Assembly: GCA_965224825.1 (NCBI GenBank) | Contig: CBDDAG010000003.1 | Span: 201,414 to 265,413 of the forward strand | DNA: 64,000 bases | Reading direction: 5' to 3' | Origin: Gammaproteobacteria bacterium | GTDB taxonomy: Bacteria > Pseudomonadota > Gammaproteobacteria > CAJXQU01 | Shown: in pieces, positions 58,627-64,000 of the stretch | Layout: each line of letters opens with the position of its first letter | Numbering within the stretch: the first letter of the stretch is position 1 | The notes under the pieces: generated by a model | What the model was told of the DNA's origin: nothing | Databases searched by the model: none | Seen by the model: the letters and a program-made list of their open reading frames with translations, nothing else | Program-made: the position numbers and the translations under genes

Positions 58627-59262
58627 TTAAACTTCTCTTTCCAGAGCAGTTTTTTCCATTTTCTTTTTCTGGATGGCCAGTTCTATTCTTTTTTTCTGCG
58701 CGGCCTGTTCAGCATTCTTTTTCTGCGCGGCCTGTTGAACACCCTCATCCTCAGCAGCTTTTTTCATTTTATGCTTCAGAGTCTCAGTGTTAAGAAGTTG
58801 AGTGTATGCCACGGTGGGACTTTGATCATATTGCAAACCATAGCGCGCTTTTTTGTTATCAATAGCACCCGCGTACATTACCGTTGTAGAAATTTCAAAC
58901 TCAGGTACTTCACCTTTTTTACCATCTGAGATCAACAAAGTGATGATATCCCCTTTGTTCAAACCTTTAGCGGCCTCAATACCGAGCCCACTAATACTCG
59001 CATCAGTCACCACACATTTTTTTGAGTTTCCTAACAAGCCAAATTTTGGCTGTTCTGAAGTTGAATATTTTGCAACAAACGATCCATCAGAAATCCGCAT
59101 ATCACGACGATTATTCGCTAACGCCTCAGCAGCAGCCCTATTTTGAGCATCTTTGATCGCGCCACGCCGAAAACGACCTGTCGCAGATTCCATCTCGATG
59201 TGTTCTTCTAGAGAATCCTCAAGATCGATCTCAGATGTGTCTGTTAGATTAGATTGATCCAA
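58627..59262 (-). CDS. PilZ-domain protein with repetitive QQAAQKK C-terminal tail
   Basis: RxxxR (NRRDMR) and DxSxxG (DASISGLG) c-di-GMP-binding motifs. Confidence 0.55.
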   Translation of the reverse strand: MDQSNLTDTSEIDLEDSLEEHIEMESATGRFRRGAIKDAQNRAAAEALANNRRDMRISDGSFVAKYSTSEQPKFGLLGNSKKCVVTDASISGLGIEAAKGLNKGDIITLLISDGKKGEVPEFEISTTVMYAGAIDNKKARYGLQYDQSPTVAYTQLLNTETLKHKMKKAAEDEGVQQAAQKKNAEQAAQKKRIELAIQKKKMEKTALEREV

Positions 59263-59353
59263 AACTTATTGTCCGAAAACTATTCCTTAAGTTATATAAA
59301 CACGGCCACAATTTGACCAGCTTTGAATATTATCGGCAGAAATTGAGAAAGGT

Positions 59354-61033
59354 TTACTTTTTCTTCCAGGCTTTAACTAGCAAAATAATGCTACAACCAG
59401 ACAACAACCAGATCGAGAGTGGGGTTTTCAAGAAAGTCAGTGTGCCAGGATTCTGAGATCCATTACTCAAGCCCAGCAATAATGCCGCTGCAACAATCAA
59501 AGCAGCGGCGATCACGGTTAACATATTCCGTTCATTTGCCAGCCGGATCTCCTGTTTAAGGCTCTCGTAAGCTTCTTTATCCGAACGAACCTGGAATTGG
59601 CCTTTTCTCATTTTTTCCAGCACATCGATCGCTGCACCGGGGATCTCTGGGAGTTTTTCTATCCAACCGGGGAGGTTTTCTTTCGTGGATTGAAACAAGT
59701 GCCGGACGCCCGTTTGTTCACTCATCCAGCGTTTCATCGTAGGTCTGGCGGTCTCCCACATATCCAGATCAGGATAAAGCTGGCGACCAACACCTTCGAT
59801 ATTCACCAGTGTTTTTTGTAGCAAAAGTAATTGCGGAAGAACTTCCATCTCAAAACGTTGTGCTGTCTGAAAGAGCCTGAGTAATAAATGGCCGAAGGAA
59901 ATTTCCCGTAGTGGTTTCTCGAAGATTGGTTCACAAACACTACGGATCGCAAACTCAAAGTCATCCACACGTGTTCCTTCTGGCACCCAGCCTGATTCGA
60001 TATGCAGCTCGGCGACTCTTTTATAATCTCGACTCAGGAAGGCCATGAAGTTATTCGCCAGATAATGTTGATCTTCTTCACTAAGACTACCCATGATCCC
60101 GAAATCGACCAGCGCCAATTTTAACGGATCAGTCTCCGTTGCAGGAATAACAAAAAGATTTCCTGGGTGCATGTCTGCGTGGAAAAACCGATCACGGAAA
60201 ACCTGGGTGAAAAAGATATCTATTCCGATCTCGGCAACTTCTTTACGACTGACTCCTGCCCTTTCCAGCTTTTCGGTTTCGTCTATATGAATCCCATGAA
60301 TCCGTTCCATCACCAGCACATTTTTTCGTGCCAGATCCCAGTCAATTTCAGGGATATAAAGTCGATCAGAATCTTTGAAATTACGCTTTAGCTGAGAAGC
60401 ATTTGCCGCTTCACGCATCAAATCAAGTTCGTCCAGAATGACTTTTCGATATTCTTCGACCACACCTACCGGACGCATTTTTCGTCCATGATCTGAATAT
60501 TTTTCTGCCAGCTCAGCCAATGTCATGACCAGTCCCATATCTCGTTTGATCACTGTTTCGATATCAGGTCGGACAACCTTGACCACAACATCACGACCAT
60601 CCGCCAAACGAGCGGCATGAACCTGAGCGATCGAAGCTGATGCTAATGGCTCATCATCAAACTCAAGAAAAACCTCATTCACTGGCTTGCCATAAGCTTC
60701 TGCGATGATTTTCCTGGCCTCTTCGACCGGAAAAGGTGGCACGCTATCTTGTAATTTTGCCAGTTGATCAGCCAGTTCTTCTGGCAATAAATCACGACGA
60801 GTAGACAACAGTTGGCCAAACTTAACGAAAATCGGCCCAAGATCTTCCAGTGCATGCAACATGCGTTCTTCTTTCGGCGCGTAATCGCGGCGACGCCAAT
60901 TCCAGGGCAGGAGATACATGAGATAACGGATCGGGCGAAACAGGTGGGTGGTAAGAACGATCTCATCCAGACCATGGCGGATCAAAACGCGCTGGATGCC
61001 TATTAAACGAATAAACTGACCGGGTGTGATCAT
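59354..61033 (-). CDS. ubiB: ubiquinone biosynthesis protein kinase UbiB (ABC1 family)
   Basis: ABC1/ADCK kinase-like motifs (ASIAQVH, HADMHPGNL, DFG); C-terminal TM helices; gene order ubiE-ubiJ-ubiB. Confidence 0.9.
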   Translation of the reverse strand: MITPGQFIRLIGIQRVLIRHGLDEIVLTTHLFRPIRYLMYLLPWNWRRRDYAPKEERMLHALEDLGPIFVKFGQLLSTRRDLLPEELADQLAKLQDSVPPFPVEEARKIIAEAYGKPVNEVFLEFDDEPLASASIAQVHAARLADGRDVVVKVVRPDIETVIKRDMGLVMTLAELAEKYSDHGRKMRPVGVVEEYRKVILDELDLMREAANASQLKRNFKDSDRLYIPEIDWDLARKNVLVMERIHGIHIDETEKLERAGVSRKEVAEIGIDIFFTQVFRDRFFHADMHPGNLFVIPATETDPLKLALVDFGIMGSLSEEDQHYLANNFMAFLSRDYKRVAELHIESGWVPEGTRVDDFEFAIRSVCEPIFEKPLREISFGHLLLRLFQTAQRFEMEVLPQLLLLQKTLVNIEGVGRQLYPDLDMWETARPTMKRWMSEQTGVRHLFQSTKENLPGWIEKLPEIPGAAIDVLEKMRKGQFQVRSDKEAYESLKQEIRLANERNMLTVIAAALIVAAALLLGLSNGSQNPGTLTFLKTPLSIWLLSGCSIILLVKAWKKK

Positions 61034-61036
61034 GTG

Positions 61037-61633
61037 CTAGCTTCCTGCCAATCGAGTTATTCTTTGCTCAAGACGATCTACACCATTTCGTAGATCATCA
61101 ACATCATTCATAAAACTATCAATTTCGACGCTGTTCGGCACAATTTCGCTTTCAATTCGCAGATATTCGCCGATGTTTTGCTCCATGCTTTCATGCGACT
61201 CTTTTGCCCAGCCGGAAAGTGATCGGACAAAATTGCCGATTTGATGAGCGGCCACGTCGCCCACTTTATGTGAAAGTAATTCTTCCCAGTCCAGATCCAG
61301 ACGTTTGATCATCTGTTGTAGATGTTGTCCCAATGCCAGATCTCCGCTGATCTCTACATCGCCATCAAAACTTGCTGGTTGATCATCTTTTTGTCTGGTC
61401 ATTTTTAACAACGCAAAAGGTGATCCTTTGATCAGAACATGAACATCGCCAGCATATTCTGGCTGCAAATGGATTCCATCTTTCTGCGGCATAATGTAGA
61501 TCGTTTTATCCGGCCCGATCAATTCCACGGCCATTACTTTGCCATTCATCGCCACTACGTCATTCATCAGATCAGGATCTGTTTGCAATACGTCATTGAT
61601 CAGTTTTTGAGCACGTTCGAGGATAAAGCTCAC
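61037..61633 (-). CDS. ubiJ: ubiquinone biosynthesis accessory factor UbiJ (SCP2-like)
   Basis: 198 aa between ubiE and ubiB, 4-nt overlap with ubiE. Confidence 0.6.
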   Translation of the reverse strand: MSFILERAQKLINDVLQTDPDLMNDVVAMNGKVMAVELIGPDKTIYIMPQKDGIHLQPEYAGDVHVLIKGSPFALLKMTRQKDDQPASFDGDVEISGDLALGQHLQQMIKRLDLDWEELLSHKVGDVAAHQIGNFVRSLSGWAKESHESMEQNIGEYLRIESEIVPNSVEIDSFMNDVDDLRNGVDRLEQRITRLAGS

Positions 61634-62382
61634 AACTTCACTCCACGATGCACGGCAACCACGCCTCCCGTCAGATTGTTATAAGTATTCATACCAAATC
61701 CGGCATCTTCCAGCATGCCGATCAAGGTTTCCTGATCAGGATGTTTACGGATGGATTCCACCAGATATTGGTAACTCTCCCGATCACCGGTGAGCATTTC
61801 GCCAAACTTTGGAATAAATTTGAAAGAATATTGTTCGTAAAGTTTGTCCAGCGCCGGGATCACCATTTTTGAAAACTCAAGAATCATCAACTTGCCGCCC
61901 GGTTTCAATGATCGATAGATTGATGCCAGCGCTTTTTCTTTGTTAGTTACATTCCGCAGACCAAAGGCAATCGTCACCACATCAAAAGAATTTTCCGGAA
62001 ATGGCAAAGTTTCTGCATTAGCCTGAACGTAGTTGATATTGCTGATCAAGCCTTTGTTCGTCATACGATCACGACCAACATTGAGCATTTCACCATTGAT
62101 ATCGGCCAGTGTGATCTCGCCTTCTTTGCCCACTTTTTTTGCCAGTAATGCTGCAATATCGCCCGTACCGCCGGCCAGATCGAGCACCGAATGACCTTTT
62201 CGAGCACCAGAAGCAGCCACAGCAAAAGGCTTCCAGATCCGGTGCATGCCCATGGACATGACATCGTTCATCAGATCATATTTGGAAGCTACGGAAGTAA
62301 AAACTTCAGCGACTCGTCCCTGCTTTTCATCAACAGGAACTTCTTCATAGCCGAAGTGTGTGGTTTCATTCATTACTGACAA
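61630..62382 (-). CDS. ubiE: demethylmenaquinone/2-methoxy-6-polyprenyl-1,4-benzoquinol methyltransferase UbiE
   Basis: [32 protein letters not shown]...[13 protein letters not shown]-methyltransferase motifs. Confidence 0.9.
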   Translation of the reverse strand: MSVMNETTHFGYEEVPVDEKQGRVAEVFTSVASKYDLMNDVMSMGMHRIWKPFAVAASGARKGHSVLDLAGGTGDIAALLAKKVGKEGEITLADINGEMLNVGRDRMTNKGLISNINYVQANAETLPFPENSFDVVTIAFGLRNVTNKEKALASIYRSLKPGGKLMILEFSKMVIPALDKLYEQYSFKFIPKFGEMLTGDRESYQYLVESIRKHPDQETLIGMLEDAGFGMNTYNNLTGGVVAVHRGVKL

Positions 62383-62385
62383 TCC

Positions 62386-62790
62386 TTACGATTTCTTTGG
62401 TTTTACATAGAGGACCAGGCTATGTTCTTCCAAAACATAACCATTTGCTTCGGCAATTTCACGCTGTCGTCGTTCGATCTCTTCGTCCTGAAACTCAATA
62501 ATCTTGCCAGTTTCAAGGCAGATCATATGATCATGATGCTCACCCTCAGCTAGCTCAAAAACAGAATGTCCCTCTTCGAAGTTATGTCGAACAACTAACC
62601 CTGCTGCCTCGAATTGCGTTAGAACACGGTAAATTGTCGCCAGCCCAACATCTTCATCCGCTTCGATCAGCGCCTTATAAACATCTTCCGCACTCATATG
62701 CCGCTGTTTGCTATTCTCAAGTATCTGTAAAATACGGATACGTGGTAAAGTAACTTTTAGCCCAGCTTTTTTTATATCTTGAGTTTCCAC
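62386..62790 (-). CDS. fur: ferric uptake regulator Fur
   Basis: LKKAGLKVTLPRIRILQILE... winged helix plus HHDH metal-site motif. Confidence 0.9.
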   Translation of the reverse strand: METQDIKKAGLKVTLPRIRILQILENSKQRHMSAEDVYKALIEADEDVGLATIYRVLTQFEAAGLVVRHNFEEGHSVFELAEGEHHDHMICLETGKIIEFQDEEIERRQREIAEANGYVLEEHSLVLYVKPKKS

Positions 62791-62894
62791 AGAGTTTCTT
62801 TTTTATCTCAGGTAAAATAGAGTTCAAATTTTAACATTGATCCGACTTTTGCCATAATAGCCAGATCAAATAGAACTAAACTAGCGAAAAATAT

Positions 62895-63623
62895 ATGTCA
62901 TCAAAGCACCACATTCTAATCTTTTCTCTAACTTTTCTGTTCCTGCAGGGCTGTTCGAACAACAGTAGCATTTTCTCAAAAGACAACTTGCCTCTGGTAC
63001 ATCGAGTCGATGTTCAACAGGGTAATGTGATCACTCAGGACATGCTGGCCAAACTTAAGCTCGGCATGGAGAAAAAGAAAGTCCGCTTCATTATGGGTAC
63101 ACCGCTGATCACAGATACTTTTCACTCTGATCGCTGGGATTATGTTTATACTTATAAAGAAGGTCGCGAACAACGTGAACAACGTCGTGTTACCCTCTTC
63201 TTCAAAGACGATCTACTTGCGCGGGTTGATGGCGATGTAAATCCTGCACGTGGAAAAATTCAAACAGATTCCCGTACCGTCGAAAGTGTCGAAGTACCTC
63301 CGGCTCAACCACCAGGTCTTTTTTCACGCGTTAAGGAAAAACTGACTTTTGGCAAAGATAAACCAAAAGTGGAACAAGAAACTAGTGATGAAGCTGTTCA
63401 GGCTGTGGAGTCTGAAATGGAAAGCGAGCAAGCTAAGGTTTCAGAAGAATCTGATCTGGAAACAACATCTGATGATGTAATGGAAGATGCTACAGAAATG
63501 GTGGAAGAACCTACTGATACTGAGGAAGAAAAAGGATTCTTTGGGAAGATGTGGGAAGAAGAAGGCGAAGTTGATCCGAACGATCCCGTTGTAAATGATC
63601 CTGATCTTAATCCGAGTCTTTAA
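62895..63623 (+). CDS. bamE: outer-membrane assembly lipoprotein BamE (SmpA/OmlA) with long acidic C-terminal extension
   Basis: Lipobox FLQGCS; the VDVQQGNVITQDMLAKLKLGM core parallels E. coli BamE; divergent from fur as in pseudomonads. C-terminal ~120 aa are D/E-rich. Confidence 0.75.
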   Translation: MSSKHHILIFSLTFLFLQGCSNNSSIFSKDNLPLVHRVDVQQGNVITQDMLAKLKLGMEKKKVRFIMGTPLITDTFHSDRWDYVYTYKEGREQREQRRVTLFFKDDLLARVDGDVNPARGKIQTDSRTVESVEVPPAQPPGLFSRVKEKLTFGKDKPKVEQETSDEAVQAVESEMESEQAKVSEESDLETTSDDVMEDATEMVEEPTDTEEEKGFFGKMWEEEGEVDPNDPVVNDPDLNPSL

Positions 63624-63705
63624 TCACCTTCAGATTTAAGGTTGGAGCTTACTGGGCTTCGTTCTCCCGAATTTCACTCGTTTTCATCCAGACTTACAAC
63701 CAAGA

Positions 63706-63945
63706 TTATAAACAATAATCTTTAAGCCTCTCTCTCTGATATTCCATCATAGTATCAGCCTGCTTTTTCCTTTCACCCTTCAGTTTCCCTGCCGCCATAT
63801 CTGTTTTGTATCTAGCTTCATAACCGGCCATAATTTTCTTGCGCTCAAGACAACGCTCGGGATGTTCGGCAAGATAATCTCTGCGGTCTTGTTCAAAACA
63901 AGCATCACTAAAACAATTATCATCACCCTGCTTTTCCTGAAGCAC
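63706..63945 (-). CDS. small Cys-containing hypothetical protein (79 aa)
   Basis: ORF only; no recognisable family. Confidence 0.2.
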   Translation of the reverse strand: MLQEKQGDDNCFSDACFEQDRRDYLAEHPERCLERKKIMAGYEARYKTDMAAGKLKGERKKQADTMMEYQRERLKDYCL

Positions 63946-64000
63946 TTTTGATTTCGCAACAGGATTATCATTTGGAGCCGCTTCCGGCGTTTTATAATTC

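Overview
This 64 kb window is gammaproteobacterial chromosome, probably from a marine, PEP-CTERM/exosortase-bearing lineage at roughly 40-45% GC.

Layout, left to right:
- 1-9055: an accessory-looking block. It holds a 3'-truncated KAS III-like gene, a His-rich membrane protein, a GDSL hydrolase with a PEP-CTERM-type anchor, rlmA (minus strand), a secreted di-heme c-type protein, an acyltransferase-3, a catalase-related heme protein and a MACPF (perforin-like) protein. It ends at a tRNA-Ser(GGA) gene (9249-9340, minus).
- 9396-28793, minus strand: a complete Pseudomonas/Vibrio-style flagellar export and chemotaxis supercluster, fliLMNOPQR-flhBA-flhF-fleN-fliA-cheYZAB-motCD-parA-like-cheW-like-cheW-DUF2802. 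It has a sigma54-like promoter upstream of fliL.
- 28999-30021: hslR and a LysE/RhtB exporter.
- 30222-34999: a compact type II-C CRISPR-Cas locus. cas9 (1022 aa) overlaps cas1 by 1 nt, cas2 follows, and the array has six identical 36-nt repeats with 30-nt spacers plus a degenerate terminal repeat.
- 35051-40384: a PspA-like / membrane / VWA-lipoprotein operon (minus) placed divergently from an OmpR-type two-component system.
- 40395-50398: an orphan GyrB-Toprim-like ORF coupled to a tautomerase, then housekeeping genes (LysR, DJ-1, yibQ-like, ctpA, envC, gpmI, rhodanese, secB, gpsA).
- 50680-64000: a second PEP-CTERM protein, a MoxR/DUF58/VWA/BatD (Bat-like) operon, a PilZ protein, ubiE-ubiJ-ubiB, fur and bamE.

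The most unusual signal is an exact inverted 20-nt half-repeat of the CRISPR repeat 29 nt upstream of the cas9 ATG. It is bracketed by a good divergent sigma70-like promoter and a strong minus-strand intrinsic terminator. That predicts a tracrRNA-like small RNA, but its pairing geometry with the array is non-canonical.
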